Shown here: positions 39,255 to 48,147 of the stretch, piece after piece
How positions within the stretch are numbered: the stretch's first letter is position 1
Layout of the letters: each line of letters starts with the position of its first letter
Translations under genes and position numbers: made by a program
Assembly (NCBI GenBank): GCA_029261555.1
Contig: JAJDBB010000031.1
Location: 47 to 64,046, forward strand
From: Nitrospinaceae bacterium
Lineage (GTDB): Bacteria > Nitrospinota > Nitrospinia > Nitrospinales > JACRGP01
DNA: 64,000 bases
Direction: 5' to 3'
The notes under the pieces: generated by a model
Told to the model about the DNA's origin: nothing
What the model saw: the letters and a program-made list of their open reading frames with translations, nothing else
Database searches by the model: none

Positions 39255-39470
39255 ATGAATATCGCGGAAACGACAACGGACCAAGGCTACGAAAAACTGA
39301 ATGCGGCAATTTTAAAGGCACTTTCTTCTTCCGACGAGGTGAAGCAAATATTGACAGATTTTCAGGAAAAAAACCTGATCGATGAAATCGCCGCGGTCAA
39401 CCTGGTTTTGAGCCTGGAGGAATTGGAAAGCCTGATCCCGGAGCAAAACGCAAACAGCGCCTCTCTTTAA
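39255..39470 (+). CDS. Small acidic hypothetical protein
   Basis: GGAGG RBS at 39242-39246 before ATG 39255; 71 aa, probably helical. Confidence 0.7.
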   Translation: MNIAETTTDQGYEKLNAAILKALSSSDEVKQILTDFQEKNLIDEIAAVNLVLSLEELESLIPEQNANSASL

Positions 39471-39491
39471 CACTCTAGGAGACGCTCGCCT

Positions 39492-39674
39492 TTAATTCTT
39501 AAAAATCTTGCTGTCGCAGGAAATATATTTTATTTGTCTCATGGGAATGATCAACACTTCGTCCTGAGTGGTCACCTCCAGAACTTCCAGGTCGTCGCTG
39601 ATATAGTGCTTTTCCGTTTTTTCCAGCTCCAACTCCTGATTATCCACAAAAACAACTTTTAGCTTGTATTGCAT
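39492..39674 (-). CDS. Small beta-rich hypothetical protein (60 aa)
   Basis: GGGAGAG RBS; 20 nt downstream of the radical SAM gene. Confidence 0.7.
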   Translation of the reverse strand: MQYKLKVVFVDNQELELEKTEKHYISDDLEVLEVTTQDEVLIIPMRQIKYISCDSKIFKN

Positions 39675-39694
39675 GTTCTCTCCCGGGACTTCAA

Positions 39695-40903
39695 TTAATT
39701 AGGCAGAACGACGGCCTCGAATTTTTTAGCCAGCGGTTCGTTTAAATAATCTTCCACGTAATTTTTAAGGTAACCCTTCTCGTACAGTTTTTTGTTGGAA
39801 AGGTGGGAGTTGATTTTATGCAGGATACGAAACCGTTTGCGGGGAAACTCAGCCTTGAACTCCTCGAAAGATTCGCCGGAGATATCCCGGTAATCGTTGG
39901 AGGAGCGTTCCATAATGACCTTGGGAAGATACACCATGGTCTCGTTGGTCAACCGCCGCGCCACGTCGCGGAAAGTCAAAAGGGTTGAGCAGTCGGAATC
40001 CCCCCCCAAAGTGGCGTTGGGAACGTAAAGATATCTGGCCCGGTTTTTCCTGAATAATTTGAGAACGCGGTAAACGTTTCCCGCCATCGCCACCGTATCT
40101 TTCTTCTCCAATTCGCAGGCGTCGAACGCTTTGAGAATTCGCTTCCGGTTCAAAAAAGCGGTGATGTAGGATTCCGTGTGAATCATTTGAGTGTTGGGCA
40201 ACTCCGCCTGATAAATAGCTCTGGCCTCGCCGGCCAGAGAGTTCCTGCCAGTCCGCATCAGGGCGCAGGTATCGTCGTCGATATATTTCAAAGCCGTCAG
40301 GCATCCCATCCACAACAACACGTTCGGGTTGATCCGGGAAATGGCCTTAGCGTCCTGGGACATGGTGTTGGGTCCAAAGGAATAAAAATTAGCCGAGGTA
40401 ACCGCCGGACCGTCCAGCACCTTATACACTTGCTCCACAGTCGGCGCATGCGGCATCAATTTTTTTCGCGGCTCGGACAAGGTGATGACGGAAAGCTCGA
40501 AATTGATTCGCCCCGGATATTTCTCAGCCAAACGATTGATTCTCTCCGGCTCCGCATAACCCACCGTGAAAAAAATCACGTCCTTGTCGGTGGTATCCAG
40601 AAACTCCTCCAACCAGTACATGGCCTTGGGATGAAGAAACAAATCCGTCCACTCCATGTACTCGTTGCCGCCAATGATCCAGGATTCGCCTTTTTTGGTC
40701 GGCTGTTTTTTAACTTCGTTCAGAATGAATTCCCAATGCTCTTGGGTGGTGAGGGGGACGGGGAAGGTTTCACGATAGCTGATATCTTTTTCGTAGCAAA
40801 AGGCGCATTTGACCGGACAGGTTTTTCCAAGGCTGATGGGGATTTTCCGGTCGTTAATTTCTCTGCGAAAGATTTCGTAAAGTTGCGCCGTATCCTGCGA
40901 CAT
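39695..40903 (-). CDS. Radical SAM protein with DUF512/Mmp10-like C-terminus
   Basis: CPVKCAFC (CxxxCxxC); C-terminal LGGDSDCSTLLTFRDV...VYLPKVIM...DISG resembles DUF512 by eye. Confidence 0.78.
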   Translation of the reverse strand: MSQDTAQLYEIFRREINDRKIPISLGKTCPVKCAFCYEKDISYRETFPVPLTTQEHWEFILNEVKKQPTKKGESWIIGGNEYMEWTDLFLHPKAMYWLEEFLDTTDKDVIFFTVGYAEPERINRLAEKYPGRINFELSVITLSEPRKKLMPHAPTVEQVYKVLDGPAVTSANFYSFGPNTMSQDAKAISRINPNVLLWMGCLTALKYIDDDTCALMRTGRNSLAGEARAIYQAELPNTQMIHTESYITAFLNRKRILKAFDACELEKKDTVAMAGNVYRVLKLFRKNRARYLYVPNATLGGDSDCSTLLTFRDVARRLTNETMVYLPKVIMERSSNDYRDISGESFEEFKAEFPRKRFRILHKINSHLSNKKLYEKGYLKNYVEDYLNEPLAKKFEAVVLPN

Positions 40904-40978
40904 GCCATCCTCCGAAATTCCAGAAAAATACGGTCAATAGAAAAGACGATCAACCGCCAAAAAAGAGGCCCGTAAAAA

Positions 40979-41311
40979 TCACCCCCAGGCTTCAAAGGCT
41001 TCTTTAAGGGATTTGTCCATTTCTATTTTTTGCCGGTCGCTTTCGTCCAATTCGTCCAGTAAGCTTTTGAGGTGCTCGGCGGCGCAACCCATGTGAGCGA
41101 TACTCTCCTGGATCAGTTTAAAACCTCCGGCCTTGAGCTTTTTGATCAACTCCTTTAAATGCGCTTCTTCATAGGGGTTGACGGAACTGCACTTTTGAAA
41201 GCTTTCGATGGCTTCCTTATATTTTTTGTCCTGATGAAATCCATAACCGCTTTTAAAATATTCCAAGGCCTCGACAACCTGAAAAACGGTGGATAATTTT
41301 CGATCACTCAT
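40979..41311 (-). CDS. Small helical protein with one TPR-like repeat
   Basis: ALEYFKSGYGFHQDKKYKEAIESFQKCSSVNP. Confidence 0.7.
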   Translation of the reverse strand: MSDRKLSTVFQVVEALEYFKSGYGFHQDKKYKEAIESFQKCSSVNPYEEAHLKELIKKLKAGGFKLIQESIAHMGCAAEHLKSLLDELDESDRQKIEMDKSLKEAFEAWG

Positions 41312-41357
41312 TTTACATCACCCGGTTCAATAAGGGTTAGTTTTCACGCGGTCCCCG

Positions 41358-41432
41358 CCAAGCTCGTAACGTTCGCCGAATAAGTTAAGCCTACTGGGCC
41401 CAGCGTCACGCTGGCCGACGCTTGCCCGGCTG
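41358..41432. repeat. Copy C (3' part) of the structured intergenic repeat
   Basis: ccaagctcgtaacgttc...gcctactgggcccagcgtcacgctggccgacgcttgcccggctg matches 10544-10616. Confidence 0.88.
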
Positions 41433-41437
41433 GAACC

Positions 41438-41465
41438 AAAAAAGGCGGAGCGTTAACTCCGCCTT
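41438..41465 (-). terminator. Rho-independent terminator
   Basis: Minus strand AAGGCGGAG-ttaacg-CTCCGCCTT followed by a U-tract. Confidence 0.75.
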
Positions 41466-41570
41466 CCAAGGTATCTTCAATTCCCGATCTAAAAAATACC
41501 TAACTGCATTTCCAATGCACAAGCGCTTTTGAAAACTCGCCTCGCGCGCTTGATTCATCCCAAAAAATAA

Positions 41571-41690
41571 TTACGGGCCTTTGGGGCTGTTCTCTTCGTT
41601 GCAAGTTCCATGAGGGCATTTTGAATCCATGCACCCGGAGGTAGAAATCAGGACAATCCCCAGAATCAACATCATCACAAACTTCTTCAT
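41571..41690 (-). CDS. 39-aa predicted lipoprotein (not in ORF track)
   Basis: MKKFVMMLILGIVLISTSG-CMDSKCPHGTCNEENSPKGP; AAGGGAG RBS 9 nt upstream; basic n-region, h-region and lipobox-like TSG-C. Confidence 0.72.
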   Translation of the reverse strand: MKKFVMMLILGIVLISTSGCMDSKCPHGTCNEENSPKGP

Positions 41691-41838
41691 ATAACTCATC
41701 TCCCTTTTTAAGTGCTTCTAATTGAAAATATTACAATTCGGAGTAAAAGTCGATTTTTTGTTAATGCTTTTTAACATATTTTAATAACATTTCAATATTT
41801 TTTTTGAATTTGCGGCCTTTCCAGCCCATATTACTTAC

Positions 41839-42636
41839 ATGGATACTGAAATGTTCCCAAATGCAGAAGAAATCCAAGCCTGCCTCAATACCGTTTCCAT
41901 CGGCAAAAAGATGGTGGTTATGGAATCCGTAGGTTCCACCAACGATTTTATCAAACGTAAAATCAAAGCCGGAGAACCAGCGGGACTGTGCGTATTGGCG
42001 CATCGCCAAACCCATGGCCGAGGGCGGATGGGCCGGTCCTGGATTTCGGAACCCGCCGTAGGCCTTTATTTTTCCATTTACCTGAAGCCTGAATTGAGTC
42101 TGGAACACCTTCCCCGCCTCACTCTCATGACCTCGGTGGCCATGGCCCGGGCGATTGACCCGTTCTGCCCTACGCCGTGTCGCCTGAAATGGCCAAACGA
42201 CTTGTTGATAAACGGTAAGAAGATTTGCGGTATTTTATCGGAATATTGCGCTCCGCCGGACCCGGAAGGGGTGATATTGGGAATCGGCATCAATGTTAAC
42301 CAGGACGCCGAACGCTTCCCCGCTGAATTTCGCGATACGGCCACTTCGCTCAAAGCGGAAACCGGCGCGACGGTCGACCGGTCGGCTCTCTTCATTGCAA
42401 TCCTTCAACAACTGGACCGGGAGTACCAAACCTTTCTTTACGAGGGCGAATGCAAACTTGCTCAGGAATGGGAACGCCACAGCGATATGTTGGGACGAGA
42501 AATCACCCTGAACCAATCCGGAACCCAATTTCAGGGCGTCGCCAGGGGCCTCGATAAAATGGGGAATTTGATGCTGGAAACTCCGGAAGGCCAACTCATA
42601 AGTTTTGACGCGGGCGAGGTCACGTTGAGAACCTGA
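41839..42636 (+). CDS. birA: Biotin-[acetyl-CoA carboxylase] ligase (no N-terminal HTH)
   Basis: STND, QTHGRGRMGRSW, KWPND, KICGIL, GIGINVN. Confidence 0.95.
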   Translation: MDTEMFPNAEEIQACLNTVSIGKKMVVMESVGSTNDFIKRKIKAGEPAGLCVLAHRQTHGRGRMGRSWISEPAVGLYFSIYLKPELSLEHLPRLTLMTSVAMARAIDPFCPTPCRLKWPNDLLINGKKICGILSEYCAPPDPEGVILGIGINVNQDAERFPAEFRDTATSLKAETGATVDRSALFIAILQQLDREYQTFLYEGECKLAQEWERHSDMLGREITLNQSGTQFQGVARGLDKMGNLMLETPEGQLISFDAGEVTLRT

Positions 42637-42638
42637 TT

Positions 42639-43151
42639 TTAAAACGAACCAAAAACCCCCACTCCGATATTAAACCTGGGTCCGTATCTCAAAGTAGAAG
42701 CCGTAGGCCAAAGGTGATCCTCTTTGTGGATCAACACGGGATATTGGTAGGAAGAAAGGCCCACCTGCCCCGTTTCGCTTCCCTTCACTTCGCCGGCGAT
42801 GGTGATGCGGCGATTTTTTTTATAAATGTCCGGGTCCAAATTTTTGTCGACGGTCACGAGAAAGCGTCCCAAAGTTCGGTCGTCAACCTGCGGTTCGTAA
42901 TAGTAATCCAGCGGCCTTTGCAAAACCTCCAGAACATTTCGCGAGCCTTCGGCGCTTACCTTGATAATCGTCCCACCATAAATCACCGTCCGCCCCTTGT
43001 ACTTTTCCGGATCACCTAGCAAGTCCGAAAACTCCACCTTGGGAACGCTTTGGCTAACGAGCGGATCTGAAATTACTTTGGCGCAACCGGATAAAACCAG
43101 CAAGCAGACCGCCGTCAACAGACCAGTTCCTTTTTTCAAGCAATCTCGCAA
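42639..43151 (-). CDS. Slp-family outer-membrane lipoprotein
   Basis: Lipobox LSGC; YGGTII, EVLQRPL, GRF, LDPDIY, YQYP. Confidence 0.85.
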   Translation of the reverse strand: MRDCLKKGTGLLTAVCLLVLSGCAKVISDPLVSQSVPKVEFSDLLGDPEKYKGRTVIYGGTIIKVSAEGSRNVLEVLQRPLDYYYEPQVDDRTLGRFLVTVDKNLDPDIYKKNRRITIAGEVKGSETGQVGLSSYQYPVLIHKEDHLWPTASTLRYGPRFNIGVGVFGSF

Positions 43152-43178
43152 GGCGAATGCTCCGTATACTTATCTGGA

Positions 43179-43808
43179 TTAATGGCGATGATGACGGTGG
43201 TGGCGGTGGCGAAAATAATAACGGCCGTAACCCAATCCGTAAGAATTCGGGTAGGGATACCACCAGGGTCCGTAATAAAACGAAGGATAATAGGGATAGG
43301 AATCGTATTGCGGAGTCTCCGGCCACAAATACAACTCTTCAAGTTCTACCAGCGGGTACAGGTATTCCTTCTCTCCGACCGCACCCAGACGACTGCCGAC
43401 AATTTTGCCCGCCCCGGTCACGCGCCTGCCTTTAGAGTATATTTCCGGCTCCAGATAGCCTGGCTGCATTAAAATGAACCGCCCGCCGGAATTGTCTCCC
43501 TGCCTTGGTTCCCCCGCGCTGTCCAGAGTTTTCTGGATCACCTCGATCTCCACCTGATCGGATTGATTTTGGGTCGCCACAATTTCCCCGCCCCAAATAA
43601 TCCTCTTGCCCGCATGGTCTCCCGGCGATTGCAATACCTGGCCGAATGTCGTGCCCGCGTCCACCCCTTGGCGAACGGTGGGGGAAATGGCATGCGAACA
43701 CCCCAGACCGATCAATAAAACCGCTCCAACGAGACCCCGCTTCCAATGAGGCGTCGGAACGCTAAATATCCTGTGTCTTGAGGCGTGGAAGTTTTTGTAA
43801 AAATTCAT
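43179..43808 (-). CDS. Slp-family outer-membrane lipoprotein with Tyr/Pro- and His-rich tail (start uncertain)
   Basis: Lipobox-like GLGC; WGGEIV, GGRF, YLEPEIY, YLYP; ends RHRHHRHHRH. Confidence 0.8.
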   Translation of the reverse strand: MNFYKNFHASRHRIFSVPTPHWKRGLVGAVLLIGLGCSHAISPTVRQGVDAGTTFGQVLQSPGDHAGKRIIWGGEIVATQNQSDQVEIEVIQKTLDSAGEPRQGDNSGGRFILMQPGYLEPEIYSKGRRVTGAGKIVGSRLGAVGEKEYLYPLVELEELYLWPETPQYDSYPYYPSFYYGPWWYPYPNSYGLGYGRYYFRHRHHRHHRH

Positions 43809-44283
43809 TAAATTCATCGCGGCATTGGCGGGTGAAATCGTCAAAGTTCTGGCCCCCCATCGACCTTGGGGAATAAAATTTGGGCTGAGTCTTCGTCGGC
43901 GAACCGGTTTCCAAAAAACGTTGAAAACTTTCCCGGCACTCCTCGACAAACAAGTCGAACTCCGCGTCCATCCCAGGTTGGGGAGAGTATATAGTCGGGC
44001 CGCCCGGCGCTCGATTCCGCTTCTTTGGGTTTAACGGTCGGGAGCTTTCTCGTTTCAAAAAATAATCGTAGGTCTGCCGCCGGTCGGCGTCTTTCAAAAA
44101 AATATACGCCTCGGCGCCCAGTTTGAACCGGGCGTCTGAATCAATATCCTCAGGAAAACGGTCGGGGTGATGCTTCAAGGCGAATTTCCTGAAACCCCGC
44201 TTGATCTCTTCGGAACCTGAAAAGCTCTCGATTTCCAAAAGACGGTAAAGATTATAAGACTGGAGACTGGAAGGAAGTTTCAT
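43762..44283 (-). CDS. J-domain protein
   Basis: LYRLLEI...IKRGFRKFALKHHPDR...EAYIFLKD. Confidence 0.85.
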   Translation of the reverse strand: MKLPSSLQSYNLYRLLEIESFSGSEEIKRGFRKFALKHHPDRFPEDIDSDARFKLGAEAYIFLKDADRRQTYDYFLKRESSRPLNPKKRNRAPGGPTIYSPQPGMDAEFDLFVEECRESFQRFLETGSPTKTQPKFYSPRSMGGQNFDDFTRQCRDEFNEFLQKLPRLKTQDI

Positions 44284-44368
44284 GGCGTCGATTGAAAAAC
44301 CCGAAAAATTTTATGCCTGTCTATAAAATTATACACGGTTTATTCCCGTTTCATATAAAATCCACTAC

Positions 44369-45118
44369 ATGCTGGAACTTCTAATTATCGCCTATATCCT
44401 GCTTGTTTTCATCTTCCCTATTCCCATGCTATCGGTCACTCTGGGCTTGGGAACCGCCTGGCTTTTGTACCGTAAAGCTCAACGCCTGAGCGCGCAACCC
44501 AGAGAAGGAAAAAAGGTTTTGGTATTGGCGACCGTCTCCCGCGCGGCCAATCTAGTCCTTGGTTTTTTTTTAAGTTTGAGCATTGCCGCGCTGGTCCATC
44601 TGGCGATATTTTCCTTCCGGTATTTGTTGATCTTTAATTTCATTTTTTGCCTGTTCATCTCCGCCCGCTGGTTCGACTTTACCCACGCCATTTTCCGCCA
44701 TTACGTTTATAAACTCCGCCCCGAACTCCGTAACGATTCCACTCCCGATCATAAACCTTCCCATTTTGTGGTATTCCAAGGATTGAAAAAAAACGCCGGT
44801 TCCAGTCCAGAGTCGCTGTATACGGACGCCGGGCTTTTAAACATAAACAGTCAGGCCCTCGTTCTGGAAGGCTCCTTTTTGAATCAATCTTTGCAATGGA
44901 ATCAGGTTTCCCGCGTTGAAAAAATCAGTTCGGAGAAGATTAAAATCTGGATTCGAGGCGGCCTTCCGCCCTTTTATCCGGAAGCCATAATTATCGTGCT
45001 CAAGGAACAGTTTTATCCTTTCAAAAGCCGCCATACCCGCGACCAGATTGCCGTCCAAATTCTGGAAACGGCAAACGCCGGGAAACGGCGCCCGATTTCC
45101 GCAAAAGAGACGGCTTGA
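44369..45118 (+). CDS. Hypothetical membrane protein
   Basis: N-terminal hydrophobic helices plus a soluble C-terminal domain. Confidence 0.65.
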   Translation: MLELLIIAYILLVFIFPIPMLSVTLGLGTAWLLYRKAQRLSAQPREGKKVLVLATVSRAANLVLGFFLSLSIAALVHLAIFSFRYLLIFNFIFCLFISARWFDFTHAIFRHYVYKLRPELRNDSTPDHKPSHFVVFQGLKKNAGSSPESLYTDAGLLNINSQALVLEGSFLNQSLQWNQVSRVEKISSEKIKIWIRGGLPPFYPEAIIIVLKEQFYPFKSRHTRDQIAVQILETANAGKRRPISAKETA

Positions 45119-45182
45119 TTCCCCCCGTCCCTAAAGGATAAAATAGATTCCATAAACTCTCCGGCAAGGAAATCCAGGAACA

Positions 45183-46121
45183 ATGGCGGTAAAAGATTAT
45201 TACAAGGTTTTGGGAGCGGCGCTGAAAGACGCGGCGGGCGCGATCAAAAAAAAATACCGCGCTCTGGCCAAGGAGCACCATCCTGACGCAAACAACGGCG
45301 ATAAAAAGTCGGAAGAACTTTTTAAAAAAATCACCGAAGCTTACGAAGTCCTCTCCGACGATAAAAAACGCAAAGCTTACGACCGCGAACGCGTCGCCGC
45401 CAAATCGCGGCAAAGTTATAGCGGAGGAGGGTCCGCCGGTAACAGCTCCGGCGCCGAAGGCAAATACGGTCCTTACGATCACTCCAGAAGCGGTCCGCGC
45501 CAGGATTGGCGGCAACAACAAGACCCCTTTTCCCAATCCAATTTCACCGAGGACGAACCGCCCGATCCCAACATGCCGATGCAGGGATTTGATCTGCAGT
45601 TCATGGCGGAACTTCCTCTGGTCACCGTGGCGCTCGGCGGTAAAATTGACTACGCGTATGAAAAATTCGTGCAATGCCCGGAGTGCGAAGGGATGGGAAC
45701 CGACGACGAGGGCGATTGCCCCGAATGCAAGGGCAAGCGGCAGGTGGTCAAACAGATCGTCCTTGAGGTTGATATCCCGCCGGGGCTGGTCGACAATTAC
45801 ACCTACCGGGTAAAAGACCAGGGAGGCGAAGGGCGAAACGGCGGCCCGCCGGGCGACCTGCTATTGAAAATCACTCCTCAGCCCCACCCCACCATGAAAC
45901 GAATCAAAAACGATATCTACGCGCAGGTGAACATTTCCCAAAAGCTGGCGGACGAAGGCGGCTCCTTACAAGTACAAACCCTGGATTCCCTTGAGACCAT
46001 CGAAGTGGAAGACGGCACGTTGACAGGCGAGGAATATCGCCTCGTGGGCAAAGGCGGATGTTTCCCCTGGGACAAAAAACGCGGGGACTTCATCGTCAAG
46101 TTTTTTATATTAGAGGATTGA
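45183..46121 (+). CDS. DnaJ-family chaperone with shortened zinc finger
   Basis: DYYKVLG, HHPD, only two CxxC motifs (CPECEGMG, CPECKGKR), C-terminal GGPPGDL. Confidence 0.87.
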   Translation: MAVKDYYKVLGAALKDAAGAIKKKYRALAKEHHPDANNGDKKSEELFKKITEAYEVLSDDKKRKAYDRERVAAKSRQSYSGGGSAGNSSGAEGKYGPYDHSRSGPRQDWRQQQDPFSQSNFTEDEPPDPNMPMQGFDLQFMAELPLVTVALGGKIDYAYEKFVQCPECEGMGTDDEGDCPECKGKRQVVKQIVLEVDIPPGLVDNYTYRVKDQGGEGRNGGPPGDLLLKITPQPHPTMKRIKNDIYAQVNISQKLADEGGSLQVQTLDSLETIEVEDGTLTGEEYRLVGKGGCFPWDKKRGDFIVKFFILED

Positions 46122-46123
46122 TT

Positions 46124-46648
46124 ATGACTCAATGGTACATGCTCACCTTCGTGGGTAAAGATCGTGCGGGGATTGTCGCCAATGTAACTCGCGCTCTATT
46201 CGAGGGCGGATGCAATCTTGGCGAGGCCTCCATGGCCCGGCTAGGCGGCAACTTCACCATCATGCTCATGGTGCAGTCGTCCGGAAGCCTCGAAAAATTG
46301 AAAGACATGATGGCGCCCATCGCGGAAAAGCAAGGCCTGCGCCTTCATGTGGACGCCATTGAAGGAGAGCTGCATCATCACGAGGAACCCGACGTCCGCA
46401 TCAGCGTTTACGGCGCAGACCGGGTCGGCGTCGTCGCCGACGTTACCGGAGCGCTGGCCGAGGCGGGACTGAATATTCTCAACCTCGAAACGGACGTTGG
46501 AGGAACCTCCGCCGCTCCAATTTACATTGTTTACCTGGATGGAATAGCCGGCAAGGGCGTCGAAAAGCTGGAACAGGCTTTGGAAACGCTTCGCAAAGAA
46601 AAAAAGCTGGACGCCAATCTGACCCCCATCGACCCCCTGACCGCGTGA
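46124..46648 (+). CDS. Double ACT-domain protein (GcvR-like)
   Basis: GKDRAGIVA and GADRVGVVA ACT motifs; start placed at ATG 46124 after GAGGA. Confidence 0.85.
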   Translation: MTQWYMLTFVGKDRAGIVANVTRALFEGGCNLGEASMARLGGNFTIMLMVQSSGSLEKLKDMMAPIAEKQGLRLHVDAIEGELHHHEEPDVRISVYGADRVGVVADVTGALAEAGLNILNLETDVGGTSAAPIYIVYLDGIAGKGVEKLEQALETLRKEKKLDANLTPIDPLTA

Positions 46649-46649
46649 C

Positions 46650-47174
46650 ATGGCCGTTCTCGAAGTTCTCGTTTACCCAAACCCTGGATTAAAACAAGTC
46701 TCAAAGGCCGTCGAAACTTTCGACGCCGCCCTGCGCGATTTTATCGCCGACTTGAAGGAAACCATGTTGACCGGTCCTCCCAGCGTAGGAATCGCGGCGC
46801 CACAGACCGGGCGCCTGGAGCGCATCGTTCTGGTGGACGTCTCCGGCAAACCCAAAACGCCCAATCATGGTTTCATGATCCTTATCAACCCGAATATCAC
46901 CGGTAGCGAGGGATCCGTTATTGGCCGCGAAGGATGCCTTTCGGTTCCCGATTACACTGGCAACGTCTACCGCGCCGAGAGGATTGCGTTGACCGCTCAG
47001 AACGAGTTTGGCCGCACCCACCACTTTAATTTTAGCGGATTCGAAGCCCGGGCGGTCCAGCACGAAATGGACCATTTGGATGGATTACTTTTTCTCGACC
47101 GGCTGGTCAGCCGAAGGGATCGGTTCCGAAGAAAGGTATATAAAGCGCCTGCCTCGCAGACGCAGAACTCTTAA
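46650..47174 (+). CDS. def: Peptide deformylase
   Basis: VGIAAPQ, EGCLS, QHEMDHLDG. Confidence 0.94.
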   Translation: MAVLEVLVYPNPGLKQVSKAVETFDAALRDFIADLKETMLTGPPSVGIAAPQTGRLERIVLVDVSGKPKTPNHGFMILINPNITGSEGSVIGREGCLSVPDYTGNVYRAERIALTAQNEFGRTHHFNFSGFEARAVQHEMDHLDGLLFLDRLVSRRDRFRRKVYKAPASQTQNS

Positions 47175-47186
47175 GGTAGGACGGGT

Positions 47187-47813
47187 TTATTCCGGAGTAG
47201 CCGCTTTTTCGGGTTCTGCTTTTTCCACCGACTCTTCTTTCTTTGGAGCGGCAGGAGCGACGGAGCGGCACAGCCAGATCGAAGACCAGACGTCCGAGGG
47301 AGGATAAGCCGTATCCACCCCATTTTTCAAATCGAACCGCCGAATTTCCGTGTCGGAACAGTCGCTAGTCCAGGTCGAGGCAAAACAACCTTCGGAAAAG
47401 GTTGGATCAACGGGAATGGTCGTACCGTTTTTGTCGATCAGGCTTTTGGTTTTATCGACCAGGGTTCCCGCTTCTTTGGAGTCGGGCAACCGCCAATCGT
47501 CGTAACCGGCAAATTTGGCTGAATTGATTTCGTCAATGTATTCCTTATTATCTTTCCACAGGAAGAATCTCTTTTTGTCCAACCAGGCGTCGCTTTGCTT
47601 CCACATCAGGTTGGCATTGGGATCGGTGACCGTCCCGTCCCCGTTGTCAACCAGGGGATCCTTGGGTTTCGCCGCGGGCTTTTTAGGCGCAGGCTTTTTG
47701 GCCGCAGGAGCGGGCGCGGGTTTGGCCTTCGCCTCTCCCTCCGCAGGTTTTGCGACGGGCGCGGGCTTGACCGGCTCTTTCTTTTCTTCGCTCGGCGTTT
47801 CCTTATCGCTCAT
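47187..47813 (-). CDS. DUF1566 (Lcl C-terminal) protein with Pro/Ala/Lys-rich N-terminus
   Basis: DNGDGTVTDPNANLMW, AGYDDWRLP; start placed at ATG 47813. Confidence 0.82.
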   Translation of the reverse strand: MSDKETPSEEKKEPVKPAPVAKPAEGEAKAKPAPAPAAKKPAPKKPAAKPKDPLVDNGDGTVTDPNANLMWKQSDAWLDKKRFFLWKDNKEYIDEINSAKFAGYDDWRLPDSKEAGTLVDKTKSLIDKNGTTIPVDPTFSEGCFASTWTSDCSDTEIRRFDLKNGVDTAYPPSDVWSSIWLCRSVAPAAPKKEESVEKAEPEKAATPE

Positions 47814-47844
47814 AATAAATCCCTGATCCAAAATCCCTTGCCGA

Positions 47845-48147
47845 TTAAATCTTCTGGTCGTTTTCCTGTTCAAAATGAACCGGACAGTTTTCTAAAATCC
47901 GGCTCAACTCGCTTTGCGGGTTGTCCTTCAACTTTCTCAACAAAGAACCCAACTCAGTGGGGGAAAGCTCTTCCAAACGATCGCCAAAAAAACTCCGGTA
48001 TTCCGCCGCATGCTGTTGGATCCATGCCAGAATCCCAGCGTCGTCCTCCTCGCAGTCGCTATCGCTTTCGGTTCTCTTTTTTTCTAAAAGATTGGTTTGC
48101 GAAGTCCTGATGATTTCACAAATCAAATCCTTTTTTAAAGGACTCAT
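47845..48147 (-). CDS. Hypothetical protein
   Basis: 100-aa ORF preceded by TTGACA-N17-TAAAGT (48220-48192). Confidence 0.6.
   Translation of the reverse strand: MSPLKKDLICEIIRTSQTNLLEKKRTESDSDCEEDDAGILAWIQQHAAEYRSFFGDRLEELSPTELGSLLRKLKDNPQSELSRILENCPVHFEQENDQKI

Noticed and set aside
41405-41558. Second short minus-strand ORF (MNQAREASFQKRLC...) after the lipopeptide
   Set aside because: Weak RBS, and it runs through the terminator into the repeat; probably spurious.
47187-47813. Diversity-generating retroelement target (DUF1566)
   Set aside because: No reverse transcriptase and no template/variable repeat pair is visible in the window.
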